Part shown: piece after piece, positions 1 to 10,208 of the stretch
Layout: each line of letters starts with the position of its first letter
Numbering within the stretch: the stretch's first letter is position 1
Translations under genes and position numbers: made by a program
NCBI GenBank assembly: GCA_040768685.1
Contig: JAXGMM010000001.1
Coordinates: forward strand, 1,322,691-1,386,690
DNA: 64,000 nucleotides
From: Anaerolineae bacterium
Lineage (GTDB): Bacteria; Chloroflexota; Anaerolineae; DRVO01
Reading direction: 5' to 3'
The notes under the pieces: generated by a model
Databases searched by the model: none
What the model saw: the letters and a program-made list of their open reading frames with translations, nothing else
Told to the model about the DNA's origin: nothing

Positions 1-73
1 GAGACACAGTCAACCTCGAAGCTGCCCCGAGTGGCGCGGACCTAGTGGACGAGATGTCCGCGGACGAGCGCCC

Positions 74-793
74 GTGATAGCTCCCCGGCGTCGCGTATCG
101 ATCGCGCGGGCCCTCGCTGAGTGGGCGGGCGGGCGTCTCGTGAGCCTGCTGCTGTTTCTCGTCTCTGCCTATCTGATCCTGACTATGCAAAGCTCTCCCA
201 CCTGGCGCGTCCAGTGGGTGGAAGTCTCCGGCTGCGACCTCATCGCTCCCGAGTTGGTCGTTCAGGCGAGCGGGCTAGCGGATGCTTGGTCGGTCTCCCT
301 GGTGCCCGAGGGCGTAGCGGAGCGTGTACGGGGCCTTGACGGGGTTGTCGGCGCCCAAGCCATGGTAGCCTGGCCGAACAAGGTCCGGATTGCTGTAGAA
401 GAGGACGCCCCATTGGCCACCGTCCGGTTCGGCGACGAGGAGTACTGGGTGGCCAGGGAGTCAGGCCTCGTCCGTCCTTTCGGTCAGGTGCTCGACCTGC
501 CGACGCTGCGCCTGGTGCAGGGGGACGCTGGGATGCGGTCGATCACGTCGCGTGTCTTGGCCGGTCTGGACGCTATGCGCTCGGCGTTTCCCGACCAGGA
601 CGAGTACGTGTACCATTCAGACCGCGGGTTTGAGGTCGAGTCCGAGAGAGGATATCCGGTGTACCTGGGTGACGCTAGCGATCTGCAAACTAGGCTTGAA
701 ATACTGGAGGCTCTAGAGCAGGACTTGGCGGCTGAACAGCGACGGCCGGAGTTCATAGACATATCGACCATCGACGGGCTGTACTACCAATGA
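74..793 (+). CDS. ftsQ: Cell division protein FtsQ/DivIB-like (short cytoplasmic tail, one TM helix, POTRA-like domain). Reading frame is open to the left window edge, so the true start may lie upstream; a GTG at 74 is usable.
   Basis: Sits directly upstream of ftsA-ftsZ. N-terminal hydrophobic helix LVSLLLFLVSAYLIL followed by a POTRA-like region. Confidence 0.65.
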   Translation: MIAPRRRVSIARALAEWAGGRLVSLLLFLVSAYLILTMQSSPTWRVQWVEVSGCDLIAPELVVQASGLADAWSVSLVPEGVAERVRGLDGVVGAQAMVAWPNKVRIAVEEDAPLATVRFGDEEYWVARESGLVRPFGQVLDLPTLRLVQGDAGMRSITSRVLAGLDAMRSAFPDQDEYVYHSDRGFEVESERGYPVYLGDASDLQTRLEILEALEQDLAAEQRRPEFIDISTIDGLYYQ

Positions 794-839
794 GCAGTAC
801 GGTCACCGACCGCGCCCCCAGGGGGATGACTGATGCGTC

Positions 840-2102
840 GTGCGAGGACGCATCGTGAAGGGGCGCATCGCGGCGATCGACATAGGCACCACCAAGGTCA
901 CGGCGCTGTCGGCAATCCGAGATGGGTCCGGTGTTCGCGTCGTGGGTGCCGGTGTAGCCCCGTCCCGCGGGGTGGAGAAGGGTATCGTCTCCGACCTTGG
1001 CGCCGCGACGGAGTGCCTGTCGGAAGCAATTCAGCAAGCGGAGCGCGATTCGGGAGTACGGTTTGAGCGCGCCTTCGTTTCCGTTGGCGGCCCGCACGTG
1101 CTCTCGCACAACTCCCGCGGCGAGGCCTCGGTGGCGCACCCGCTCCGCGGCGTGGAGTCGACGGACGTGGACCGCGCACTGGAGGAGGCGCGTCACGTCT
1201 CTCTTCCCCCCGACCGTCAAACGCTCCACGTTGTGCCCCGGGGATACTGGCTTGACGGCAACGTCCAAGTGCGCGACCCTGTCGGTATGGCCGCCTACCG
1301 GGTAGAGGCCGAGGTGCATGTGGTCACGGCCCTAGCCAGTACGGTGCGAAATGTGGTACGGTGCATCGACAATGTGGGCGTGGAGGTGGCCGGGCTCATT
1401 CTCTCGTCTCTCGCGTCCGGAGAGGCCATACTGACGGAGAATGAGCGTGACATGGGAGTGGCCTTACTTGACATAGGCGGTGGGACCACCGATATTGCTG
1501 TCTACCTGAACGGGGGGGTCTGGCATACTGCGGTGATACCCGCAGGTGGCAACCACGTAACCAACGATCTGGCGGTGGGACTCCACTGCCCGGTGTCGGT
1601 GGCCGAGGATGTGAAGCTGCGCTTCGGCCACTGCCGGCCTGAGGCGCTCGATGTGAACGAGACGGTACGCGTGCCCGGATTCGACCGCAACGGCACCTGC
1701 GACGTCTCGAGGAGCGAGGTAGTCGGGATCGTCGAGGCGCGCGTGGAGGAGATCTTCACGCTCGTGCTTCGGGAGTTGCGGCGCTCGTCCTACGATGGCC
1801 TGCTGTCGGCCGGAGTGGCCCTCTGTGGTGGGGCCGCCAATCTCCCGGGCATGGCCGAGTTGGGCGCCGAGGTGCTGGGAATGCCGGTGCGGGTGCTGGC
1901 TCCGCAGCGAGTAGGTGGCCTACTGGAAGTAGTAGGCGACCCAGCTCACGCCACCGGAACGGGTCTGCTGCTATGGGGCTTGCGGCAGCCCGACCCGCTG
2001 GACGGGTCCGATGCGGTTGGCCTTCTGGGCAAGGTGGGCAGGGTCTTCAGGGGGATCCTGCCGGGCCGTGACAAGAACCTGGAAGGTGGCCGCGGTCTGT
2101 GA
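840..2102 (+). CDS. ftsA: Cell division protein FtsA (actin-like ATPase)
   Basis: IAAIDIGTTKV phosphate-1 motif, DIGGGTTD motif, position between ftsQ and ftsZ. GTG start at 840 (alternative GTG at 855). Confidence 0.9.
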   Translation: MRGRIVKGRIAAIDIGTTKVTALSAIRDGSGVRVVGAGVAPSRGVEKGIVSDLGAATECLSEAIQQAERDSGVRFERAFVSVGGPHVLSHNSRGEASVAHPLRGVESTDVDRALEEARHVSLPPDRQTLHVVPRGYWLDGNVQVRDPVGMAAYRVEAEVHVVTALASTVRNVVRCIDNVGVEVAGLILSSLASGEAILTENERDMGVALLDIGGGTTDIAVYLNGGVWHTAVIPAGGNHVTNDLAVGLHCPVSVAEDVKLRFGHCRPEALDVNETVRVPGFDRNGTCDVSRSEVVGIVEARVEEIFTLVLRELRRSSYDGLLSAGVALCGGAANLPGMAELGAEVLGMPVRVLAPQRVGGLLEVVGDPAHATGTGLLLWGLRQPDPLDGSDAVGLLGKVGRVFRGILPGRDKNLEGGRGL

Positions 2103-2125
2103 CGAGTGGGGAGGCCTAAGGAGAG

Positions 2126-3175
2126 GTGGGGATGGCGAAGCAGGAGTTGCCGGAGAGTTTCGCGCAGATCAGGATCATCGGTGTCGGCGGAGGGGGTACC
2201 AACGCCGTAAACCGCATGATCGAGGCCGGCGTCAAGGGGGTCGAGTTCATAGCCGTCAACACGGACGGCCAGGCGCTCATGCTGTCGCGGGCCCCGAGAC
2301 GGATTCGTATCGGGGACAAGGTCACCAAGGGGATGGGATCGGGTGGCGACCCTGAGCTGGGTCAGAAGGCGGCCGAGGAGAGCTCCGACGAACTCTACGA
2401 GACTCTTCAGGGCGCCGACATGGTATTCGTTACCGCCGGCGAGGGCGGCGGAACGGGTACCGGCGCCGCCCCGGTGGTGGCGCGCATCGCGCGGGAGGCA
2501 GGCGCGCTGACCGTGGCGGTCGTCACTAAGCCGTTCTCATTTGAGGGCCGTCGTCGTGCCCAGGTAGCCGAGCAGGGCCTGGCCAAGCTCAAGGAGTCCG
2601 TAGACACCATCATCGTGATCCCGAACGACCGACTGCTTGCGGTGGTAAACAACAAGACCCCGATGAACGCTGCGTTTGCTTTGGCCGACGAGGTACTGCG
2701 CCAAGGGGTCCAGGGCATCTCCGAGCTCATCACCGTGCCCGGGCTGATCAACCTCGACTTTGCCGATGTGAAGACCGTCATGGAGAAGGGGGGCACCGCT
2801 CTCATGGCGATCGGCGTCGGCAAGGGCGACAAGCGAGCTCTGGACGCCGCTCAGCAGGCTGTCACCTCCCAGCTTCTCGACATAAGTATAGAGGGGGCGA
2901 AGGGCATCCTGTTCAACGTCACCGGCGGCCCCGACCTGACGCTCCATGAGGTCAACGAGGCGGCGGCCATCGTCCAGGAAGCGGCGCATCCCGAGGCCAA
3001 TATCATCTTCGGTGCGGTGGTGGACCCGGAGCTGGACGACGAGTTGCGGATCACGGTGGTGGCCACGGGATTCGACGAGGCCGCGCCGGTCGCCCGGGCC
3101 AATATCCGCGAGTTCCCCGTGAGGACCGTGTCCAGCAACGACATCGACATTCCGGCGTTTCTGCGCCGGAGGTAG
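2126..3175 (+). CDS. ftsZ: Cell division GTPase FtsZ
   Basis: [11 protein letters not shown] tubulin signature, NTDAQAL-like motif (NTDGQAL), T7 loop region. RBS ggagaggtgggg precedes the start. Confidence 0.95.
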   Translation: MGMAKQELPESFAQIRIIGVGGGGTNAVNRMIEAGVKGVEFIAVNTDGQALMLSRAPRRIRIGDKVTKGMGSGGDPELGQKAAEESSDELYETLQGADMVFVTAGEGGGTGTGAAPVVARIAREAGALTVAVVTKPFSFEGRRRAQVAEQGLAKLKESVDTIIVIPNDRLLAVVNNKTPMNAAFALADEVLRQGVQGISELITVPGLINLDFADVKTVMEKGGTALMAIGVGKGDKRALDAAQQAVTSQLLDISIEGAKGILFNVTGGPDLTLHEVNEAAAIVQEAAHPEANIIFGAVVDPELDDELRITVVATGFDEAAPVARANIREFPVRTVSSNDIDIPAFLRRR

Positions 3176-3396
3176 GCCACTTCTCCTCTCCGTAGGCCTC
3201 AGCGAAGGCGTCGACCGCATCTCCTGCCGGACGGCGCCTTCGCCCTCCGACGACTGGTCTACGATCTTAATGTAGCTCAGTCGACTTCCGCTTTGCCGCC
3301 TCGTGCAGGTCAGCGTATACTGCCCATGCTCTACCGGTAGTATGTGCCCGCGCAATAACCACTAGCGGTGGGTAGTTCGCATATCGGAGGCTGCCC

Positions 3397-3858
3397 TTGA
3401 AGTGCCCCTATTGTGGCTCTCAGGAGTATCGCGTCCTGGATACGCGCGACACCGACGACGGCATACGCCGGCGCCGGGAGTGCACTCAGTGTTCGGGTCG
3501 CTTCACCACCTACGAGCGTCTGGCGCCCACGGTCTGGGTCATCAAGCGCGACGGACGCCGCGAGGAGTTCGAGATGGAGAAGGTTATGGCCGGCGTGCGG
3601 AAAGCATGCGCGAAACGACCGGTCAGCTCCGAGACCATCGAGCGAATGGTATCCGAGATCCAGGACGCGGTGATGGCAGGCGGCAAGGCGGAGGTATCCA
3701 GCCGCGCCATTGGCGACATGGTGATGGAACGCCTGCGCCATATTGACAAGGTGGCGTACGTCCGCTTCGCCACTGTCTATGTCCCGCTGACCGATCTGGA
3801 TAGCATCCGCCGGGAGATTGAAGAAGTGATGAGCGAGAGCGTGGAGACGGAGGTCTAG
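3397..3858 (+). CDS. nrdR: Transcriptional repressor NrdR (Zn-ribbon plus ATP-cone)
   Basis: MKCPYCG...CTQC zinc ribbon, ATP-cone region. TTG start with ggagg RBS 7 nt upstream. Stop lies 6 nt before the nrdJ start. Confidence 0.9.
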   Translation: MKCPYCGSQEYRVLDTRDTDDGIRRRRECTQCSGRFTTYERLAPTVWVIKRDGRREEFEMEKVMAGVRKACAKRPVSSETIERMVSEIQDAVMAGGKAEVSSRAIGDMVMERLRHIDKVAYVRFATVYVPLTDLDSIRREIEEVMSESVETEV

Positions 3859-3864
3859 CTAGCG

Positions 3865-6192
3865 ATGGATGGCACCCCAGCACAGCGCGTTCGGCCTGAC
3901 GAACCGCGCCTTACTGACAACGCGGTCCAGCTCCTGGAGAAGCGTTACCTGCGCAAGGACAGCAGCGGTACATTGATCGAGTCTCCGCGTGACATGTTCG
4001 TCCGCGTGGCCGAAGCGGTCGCGTCGGCGGACCGCGAGCTCGAGCTATCGCCCAGCGTGGAGGCGGTCGCTGGCGGCTTCTATAGCATGATGGCGGCCAT
4101 GGACTTCCTCCCCAACTCGCCCACGATCATGAACGCCGGCACGGACATCGGTCAGCTCAGCGCCTGCTTTGTGCTGCCCGTCGAGGACGACATGAGCAGC
4201 ATATTTGAGGCTGTGCGCAGCACCGCTCTGATCCACCAGAGCGGTGGGGGCACCGGCTTCAGCTTCTCGCGGCTGAGGCCGTCGGGCGACATGGTTCGCT
4301 CGACGGGAGGCATCGCCAGCGGGCCTATCTCATTCATGAAGGTATTCGACGCCGCTACCGACGTGATCAAGCAGGGCGGCAGGCGTCGCGGCGCCAACAT
4401 GGGCGTCTTGCGAGTCGATCACCCAGATATCCTCGAGTTCGTCGAGTGCAAGAGCCAAGAGGGTGTCCTCGCCAACTTCAACATCTCCGTGGCAGTCAGC
4501 GATACCTTCATGGAGGCGGTGGAGCAGGGAGGCGACTATCAGCTCATCAACCCTCGCACCGGGCAGGTTGCCGGCCTGCTCAACGCGCGCGATGTGCTGA
4601 CGCGTATCGTCGAGGCCGCCTGGCGCAACGGCGAACCGGGCATCATCTTCCTAGACCGGATGAACCGCTTCAACCCGACGCCTAACCTGGGCGAGTACGA
4701 GTCCACTAATCCCTGTGGCGAGCAGGTGCTGCTCCCCAACGAGAGCTGTAACCTGGGCTCGATCAACCTGAGCCACATGGTCAGCGGTGGCCGGGTGGAT
4801 TGGGACAAACTCAAGGAAACGGTGTACCGAGCGGTGCACTTTCTGGACAACGTCATCTCGGTGAACCGATTCCCACTGCCCGAGATCGCGGATGCGACAC
4901 TAAGGACGCGCAAGATCGGCCTTGGCGTGATGGGGTTCGCCGATATGTTGTTCCAGTTGGGCATCCGCTACGACTCTGTGGCGGGAGAGGCAGCGGCCAC
5001 CTCGGTCATGGAGGCGGTGTCCTTCTGGAGCAAGGAGGCCTCGGCCGACCTGGCGGAGCGGCGGGGTGCGTTCCCGGCTTTCCGTGGCTCCCGCTATGAA
5101 GAAGGCTTTCTGCCGATCTCCACGGGGAACTTCCCCCGAATGTCCGATGCTCCCAAGTTCGCTTGGGAGGAACTGGCGCAGAGAGTCGCGCGCCGCGGTA
5201 TCCGCAACGCTACCACTGTGACCATCGCGCCTACCGGATCGATCAGCTTTGTGGCTGGCTGCAGCAGCGGCATCGAGCCGGTGTTCGCTCTCGCCTTCAC
5301 CCGGCATGTCCTGGACAACCAGGAGTTCGTGGAGGTCAACCCGACCTTCGAGCGCGTTCTGCGTGATCGGGGCATCTACAGCGATGAGCTGGCGCAGAAG
5401 GTAGCTTCCTCGGGCAGCCTCAGTGGGGTGGAGGTCTCCGAAGATATCGCGAACGTCTTCGTGACCGCCCACGACATCTCGCCGGAATGGCACGTGCGCC
5501 TGCAGGCGGCGGTGCAGCGGTTCACCGACAACGCCGTGAGCAAGACGATCAACTTCCCCAACCAGGCGACGATGGAAGACGTTGCTACGGCCTACCGCCT
5601 TGCCTACGCCTTGGGATGCAAGGGAATCACGGTGTACCGCGACGGGAGTCGTCAAGCGCAGGTGCTCACGCGCGGCACCACCACCGCCGCTGAGGCGACC
5701 CCGGAGACGGCCGGTGTCTGGCCACGTGGTCCCCGACCGCGGCCGGTCACAACACGGGGAATCACAGAGCGGGTGCCACTGGGTTGCGGACGCAAGGCGT
5801 ACATCACCATCAACGAGGACGAGTACGGTCTCTGCGAAGTCTTTGTGCAGATGGGCAAGTCCGGTGGGTGTACGTCGTCGCAATCGGAGGCTATCGGCCG
5901 GCTCATCTCCCTGGCCCTGCGGTCCGGGGTTGAAGTGACCGAGGTGATCAAGGCGCTGAAGGGCATCCGTTGCCCATCTCCAGCCTGGCACAACGGCACG
6001 GTGACTCTGTCATGCGCGGACGCCATCGGCAAGACGATCGAACGCCACCTGGGGTCAAACGACGGCACGGAGCTCCAGCGCGTGAGCTACACGATGGACT
6101 TAAGCCCGGAGTGCCCGGAGTGTGGCTCCATAGTGCAGTTCAAGGAAGGGTGCGTCGTCTGCCCCAACTGCGGTTTCTCGCAGTGCTCCTAG
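3865..6192 (+). CDS. nrdJ: Adenosylcobalamin-dependent (class II) ribonucleoside-diphosphate reductase
   Basis: 775 aa. Motifs FLPNSPTIMNAG, NPCGEQ, SCNLGS. C-terminal CxxC...CxxC zinc ribbon. Co-transcribed with nrdR. Confidence 0.9.
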   Translation: MDGTPAQRVRPDEPRLTDNAVQLLEKRYLRKDSSGTLIESPRDMFVRVAEAVASADRELELSPSVEAVAGGFYSMMAAMDFLPNSPTIMNAGTDIGQLSACFVLPVEDDMSSIFEAVRSTALIHQSGGGTGFSFSRLRPSGDMVRSTGGIASGPISFMKVFDAATDVIKQGGRRRGANMGVLRVDHPDILEFVECKSQEGVLANFNISVAVSDTFMEAVEQGGDYQLINPRTGQVAGLLNARDVLTRIVEAAWRNGEPGIIFLDRMNRFNPTPNLGEYESTNPCGEQVLLPNESCNLGSINLSHMVSGGRVDWDKLKETVYRAVHFLDNVISVNRFPLPEIADATLRTRKIGLGVMGFADMLFQLGIRYDSVAGEAAATSVMEAVSFWSKEASADLAERRGAFPAFRGSRYEEGFLPISTGNFPRMSDAPKFAWEELAQRVARRGIRNATTVTIAPTGSISFVAGCSSGIEPVFALAFTRHVLDNQEFVEVNPTFERVLRDRGIYSDELAQKVASSGSLSGVEVSEDIANVFVTAHDISPEWHVRLQAAVQRFTDNAVSKTINFPNQATMEDVATAYRLAYALGCKGITVYRDGSRQAQVLTRGTTTAAEATPETAGVWPRGPRPRPVTTRGITERVPLGCGRKAYITINEDEYGLCEVFVQMGKSGGCTSSQSEAIGRLISLALRSGVEVTEVIKALKGIRCPSPAWHNGTVTLSCADAIGKTIERHLGSNDGTELQRVSYTMDLSPECPECGSIVQFKEGCVVCPNCGFSQCS

Positions 6193-6219
6193 ACGAGAGC
6201 AGAACCGCTGGCGGGGTCC

Positions 6220-6257
6220 GGCAGAAGGCGGCGGGCGCTCAGCCCGCCGCCTTCTGC
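6220..6257 (+). terminator. Perfect GC-rich hairpin (16-bp stem ggcagaaggcggcgggc / gcccgccgccttctgc, loop gctca) directly after nrdJ
   Basis: Inverted repeat read directly from the sequence 28 nt after the nrdJ stop. No U-tract, as is common in high-GC genomes. Confidence 0.5.
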
Positions 6258-6283
6258 TAGACCGGCACTCTCGAGAGGTTGAC

Positions 6284-7855
6284 ATGTCCGTTCCTTGGCC
6301 TCTGATCCGGAAGGCGCAAACGGTCCTGGCGGCTGAGCGAGGCGCGTTGGTGAAGGACTGGGGCGGCAGGCTGCCTATCGCCCTGGTCTACCCCGGTCCC
6401 TACTACGTGGGCATGAGCAGTCTGGGGCTGCAGAGCGTCTACCGTCTCTTGAACAGCCGCGACGATGTGGTCTGCGAGCGGGTGTTCCTTAACCTGGGGC
6501 GGAGAGCAGGGGACGTGGAGCTCGTCTCGCTTGAGTCTCAGCGGCCACTGAGCGACTTCTCTGTCATCGCCTTCTCTGTCTCCTATGAGCTGGATTACAT
6601 CCACCTGGTTCAGATTCTCCATGAGGCGGGGCTTCCCGTGCTGGCCGAGGAGCGCGACGGCTGGCCGCTCGTGATCGCGGGCGGCGCGGCGGTCACCGGC
6701 AATCCAGTCCCCCTGGCGGCGGTCCTAGATGCGGCCTTCATTGGCGAACTGGAGGAGGTCGTCGATCCACTGGTCGATGCACTGACAGCTGCCGTGCAAG
6801 AGCAAGGCGATCTGGGCGCGCTGTCGGAGACGCCGGGAGTGTTCGTGCCTGCCCGCCACGACGGGCAGCCGGTGCGGCGAGTGTGGACCAGCGATCTTGA
6901 CTGCCGGCCGGCAGCCTCGGCGATAAGCACTCGCGCCACCGAGTTCGGCGACATGCACCTGGTAGAAGCCGCTCGCGGGTGCGCGCGTGGTTGCCGCTTC
7001 TGCTTGGCCGGTCAGATCTACCGACCACTGCGGGGACGTTCGGCGGAGTCGGTGCTGGCGGCCAGCGAGCTGGCGGTGGCGGAGGGGCGCACCATCGGCC
7101 TCATGGCCCCCTCTCTCTCGGACTGGAGGCCGCTGCGTTCCGTGCTTGATACGCTGATCGGGCGCGGCGGCAGAGTCTCGGTCTCGTCCCTGCGAGCCGA
7201 CACACTGGACGACGAACTGGCTGGGTTGCTGGTGGCCGCCGGGAACGAGAGCCTCGCCATCGCCCCCGAGGCAGGCAGCGAGCGGCTTCGACGAGTGATC
7301 GGCAAGCGGCTGGAGCGAGACGCGATCATCTCCGCAGCAGAGGCGGCCGAGAGGCAGGGGCTTGCCGAACTGAAGCTGTACTTCATGGTCGGGCTGCCGA
7401 CAGAGACCGACGAGGACATCCGCGAGGCTGCGCGCCTGGCCCTCGAGATCCGCTCCCGATTCCGCCGCCGGCTGGTGGCCAACGTCGCCGGGTTCGTGCC
7501 GAAGGCGTCTACGCCTTTCCAGTGGCAGGGCATGGAGCCGGCGCGAGTGATCGAGTCCCGGGTGAAGCTGTTCGAGGGGGAGTTGCGCGGCTCCGGCGTT
7601 GAGGTCAGGGCGGAGAGCCCCCGCTGGGGGAGGTTGCAGGCGGTCTTCTCTCGCGGCGACGAGCGGGTTGGACGGGCGCTGGCGGCGGCTGGGGGCCGGG
7701 GACGGTCGCAGGTGGAGAAAGCGCTCACCGCGGCCGGCTTGGACCTCGAGCGCGAGGCCGGTCCACGGCCGGTCGGCTCTGCCCTACCCTGGGACTTCAT
7801 CCAGTCTGATCGCTTGGCCGGGAGCCCGGTGCGCGAGGCCGGCAACCTAGAGTAG
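6284..7855 (+). CDS. B12-binding-domain radical SAM protein (N-terminal cobalamin-binding-like domain, radical SAM core with CARGCRFC motif)
   Basis: CxxxCxxC motif GCARGCRFCLAG in the middle of a 523-aa protein. N-terminal region resembles the B12-binding Rossmann-like domain of class B radical SAM enzymes. Confidence 0.75.
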   Translation: MSVPWPLIRKAQTVLAAERGALVKDWGGRLPIALVYPGPYYVGMSSLGLQSVYRLLNSRDDVVCERVFLNLGRRAGDVELVSLESQRPLSDFSVIAFSVSYELDYIHLVQILHEAGLPVLAEERDGWPLVIAGGAAVTGNPVPLAAVLDAAFIGELEEVVDPLVDALTAAVQEQGDLGALSETPGVFVPARHDGQPVRRVWTSDLDCRPAASAISTRATEFGDMHLVEAARGCARGCRFCLAGQIYRPLRGRSAESVLAASELAVAEGRTIGLMAPSLSDWRPLRSVLDTLIGRGGRVSVSSLRADTLDDELAGLLVAAGNESLAIAPEAGSERLRRVIGKRLERDAIISAAEAAERQGLAELKLYFMVGLPTETDEDIREAARLALEIRSRFRRRLVANVAGFVPKASTPFQWQGMEPARVIESRVKLFEGELRGSGVEVRAESPRWGRLQAVFSRGDERVGRALAAAGGRGRSQVEKALTAAGLDLEREAGPRPVGSALPWDFIQSDRLAGSPVREAGNLE

Positions 7856-8998
7856 GGACATCGCGGCTGCCAGCACCCGCTCTTCCGAGACCCCGGACAT
7901 GCAGACCAGGGGCGGACTAACGCGGCATTCGCTGAGATCGCCACACGGCCGGCAGGGGACATCTGCAGACAGGATGCGGTGGTTCTGCTCGGCGCTCCAG
8001 GGGCCGAACTTAGCCTCATCGGCTGGGCCGAAGATGTGCACGGTGCGTCCACCGAGTCCGGCAGCCAGATGCAGAGGTCCGCTGTCCGACCCGATGCAGA
8101 CACGCGCCTGTGCCATCACCCAGGCGAGTTCCGGCACGCTGAACTCACCAGGGGTAGGCAACGCCCCCATGGAGGAGGCTGCTATACTTTCTGCCAGATC
8201 GGCCTCCGCCAGGCTTCCCGTGACCAGAACCGGCAAACCGGTACGGTCATGCAATTCGCGTATCACTGCGCGATAACAGGCGTGCGGCCACAGCTTGGTG
8301 GGAGCGCCGGCCCCCGGGTGGACGCAGGCATATTCACGCCCTGGGCCTACTGCGCGGGCGATGAACTCCTCTGCCGATCGGGCCGCTGCGACCGGCACCT
8401 CCAGGCGCAGCGGCGGCTTGCCTACGATGGGCTGCTGGGCGAGCACTGTGGCCCCTAGCGCGGTGGCCACGTGGCGGAGGAGGGCCAGGTTGGTCGCAAC
8501 CTCGTGCCGGCCCTCGACGGTCGGGAGAGCGTCGGTGAGGAAGGGTACTGTCTCGGGTGTACTCCAGCCAAAGACGTTGGGTATCCCAGCGAAGGATGCC
8601 GTCATGGCTCCCCACCAGTGATCCGGCCGCGCGATGATGCAGACGTCGTAGCGCCCGGTCCAGTGCGCTGCAAGGCGCGCAGCTTGAGCGTAGGGGACGG
8701 CTAGTGGAGGCTTGGGGCCACGCTGGAACCCGGGGAACAGCTGCTGCTCTACCCGGTCGACCTGGGGCAGCAACTCGGCCGTGCCGGCCCCCCAGGGCCC
8801 CACAGACAGCGTCAGATGCGCCTGAGGTAGCGCACTCCGCAGCTCGCTGAGCGCCGGCGACATGAAGACCAGATCCCCGATGTGGTCCGGCCGGATCACC
8901 AGGACCCGCAGGTCGCCGGCGCGCGAGGGGCGGCTGGGCGAGGTGACGCCGCCCGCGAGCCGCAGCAGAGCGAGCCTAGTCCGGGATCGCGCGGGCAT
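7847..8998 (-). CDS. Glycosyltransferase family 9 (heptosyltransferase-like). Start re-assigned to the internal Met (MPARSRTRL...).
   Basis: RVLVIRPDHIGDLVFMSPAL N-terminal GT9 signature, C-terminal GSDSGPLHLAAGLG motif. The 5-prime part of the tracked ORF overlaps the upstream GT4 gene and is rejected. Confidence 0.75.
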   Translation of the reverse strand: MPARSRTRLALLRLAGGVTSPSRPSRAGDLRVLVIRPDHIGDLVFMSPALSELRSALPQAHLTLSVGPWGAGTAELLPQVDRVEQQLFPGFQRGPKPPLAVPYAQAARLAAHWTGRYDVCIIARPDHWWGAMTASFAGIPNVFGWSTPETVPFLTDALPTVEGRHEVATNLALLRHVATALGATVLAQQPIVGKPPLRLEVPVAAARSAEEFIARAVGPGREYACVHPGAGAPTKLWPHACYRAVIRELHDRTGLPVLVTGSLAEADLAESIAASSMGALPTPGEFSVPELAWVMAQARVCIGSDSGPLHLAAGLGGRTVHIFGPADEAKFGPWSAEQNHRILSADVPCRPCGDLSECRVSPPLVCMSGVSEERVLAAAMSLL

Positions 8999-10196
8999 AG
9001 ACCGCCTCCAAGCGGGCGTAGACCCGTCTCCACTCCAGTGGGACGGCGAGGTTGCGATAGGCGTTGTCGCCCAGAGCGGCCGCTCGCACCGGGTTGTTGG
9101 CAACGCTCAGGCAGGCGGTAGCCAGGGCGTCGGCGGTGTCGGCAACCAGGGCGTCGCGTTCGTGTACCACTGGATAACCCTCTGCGCCGATGCTCGTCAC
9201 CACGAGGGGCCTGGCAAGGGCGGCGCCTTCCAGTATCTTCAGTTTTGTGCCCCCGCCCATGCGCAGCGGCACCACGACCGCCGTGGCCCCGGCGATGTAC
9301 GGCCGCGCGTCGCGCACCGCGCCGGTGACCTGCACGTTGGGGAGCGCTGCCAACTCCTTCACTTCCTTCACTGGGTGGCTTCCTACGACCCAGAATGTGG
9401 CTTCCGGGAGGCGCTGCCGGATGTTGGGGAACACCTCGCGGGCGAACCAGGTGGCGGCATCCACGTTGGGCCGGAAGTCCATCTTGCCCGGGAAGACGTA
9501 GTTCGGCCCCTTGCGCTGCGCGAGCGCCTCCGATTGCGGTATGGCCTTGTACTCCGACAGGTCCACTCCGTTGGGCACGATCTCGATGGGCGTTTCGATG
9601 CCTAGCCGGCGGAGGGCATCCGCGTCCTCATCCGACACCGTCAGTACAGTGTCGCAGGCTTGGCATACGGCACGCTCATAGCGACGGAGCCGGCCGGACT
9701 GCACCGAGGAGTAGAGGGCCGCGGGCCAGCGGCGCGGTCGACGCCGGTCGACGCTGAGAGCGCGCTGCTGCAGAACGTACTCGGCGTTGTGCTGGTCGAG
9801 GACGACTTTGGCTCGTCCTACCGCCGACCTGACGGTGGACAGGACGTAGGCCATGTCGAGCGCCTGTATCTGCACGATGTCCGGCTGCAACCGAGGAAGA
9901 TCATCTTCCAGTAGATGCAGGAGAGGCAGCGACCTCGATCGGCGAGCCATGTCCGGCTCGGCGGAGGTCAGCAGGTCCAGGAGCCTTCGCGCACGCGACC
10001 TTGGCGGCGGCGCCGGCAGCAGGCGCAGATCAACTCCCGCATCCTCCAGCGGCGTTGGCCGTAGAGACTCCTCGGAATAGGCGTAGACCGTCAGATGGTG
10101 GTTGGCCGCCGCCTGGACGGCTAGGTTCAGGTTGCGGATGGGCGTGCCGGCGTCCGGTGGGTACACCATCCGCTGCGCGATGAAGGCAATCCGCAC
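8976..10196 (-). CDS. Glycosyltransferase family 4 (GT-B, group 1)
   Basis: C-terminal GT4 region (WVVGSHP...GATAVVVPLRMGGGTKLKILEGAALARPLVVT) with the EX7E-like motif. Confidence 0.8.
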   Translation of the reverse strand: MRIAFIAQRMVYPPDAGTPIRNLNLAVQAAANHHLTVYAYSEESLRPTPLEDAGVDLRLLPAPPPRSRARRLLDLLTSAEPDMARRSRSLPLLHLLEDDLPRLQPDIVQIQALDMAYVLSTVRSAVGRAKVVLDQHNAEYVLQQRALSVDRRRPRRWPAALYSSVQSGRLRRYERAVCQACDTVLTVSDEDADALRRLGIETPIEIVPNGVDLSEYKAIPQSEALAQRKGPNYVFPGKMDFRPNVDAATWFAREVFPNIRQRLPEATFWVVGSHPVKEVKELAALPNVQVTGAVRDARPYIAGATAVVVPLRMGGGTKLKILEGAALARPLVVTSIGAEGYPVVHERDALVADTADALATACLSVANNPVRAAALGDNAYRNLAVPLEWRRVYARLEAVYARAIPD

Positions 10197-10208
10197 TTCG
10201 CTCTCCGT

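Noticed and set aside
753-1319. Long antisense ORFs overlapping well-supported genes. Examples: 753..1319, 2537..3355, 4900..5991, 7018..8103, 12586..13164, 16138..16956, 27841..28440, 32899..33885, 37333..38607, 37593..38972, 44217..45206, 56146..57426, 56298..56972, 60915..61706.
   Set aside because: GC-rich genomes generate long stop-free stretches on non-coding frames. These ORFs have Arg/Pro/Gly/Ala-rich low-complexity translations and no family resemblance, and each is nested inside a gene with clear homology on the other frame or strand.
3859-3864. Looked for a cobalamin riboswitch in front of the B12-dependent nrdJ.
   Set aside because: Only 6 nt separate nrdR and nrdJ; there is no room for a leader, so the genes are co-transcribed.
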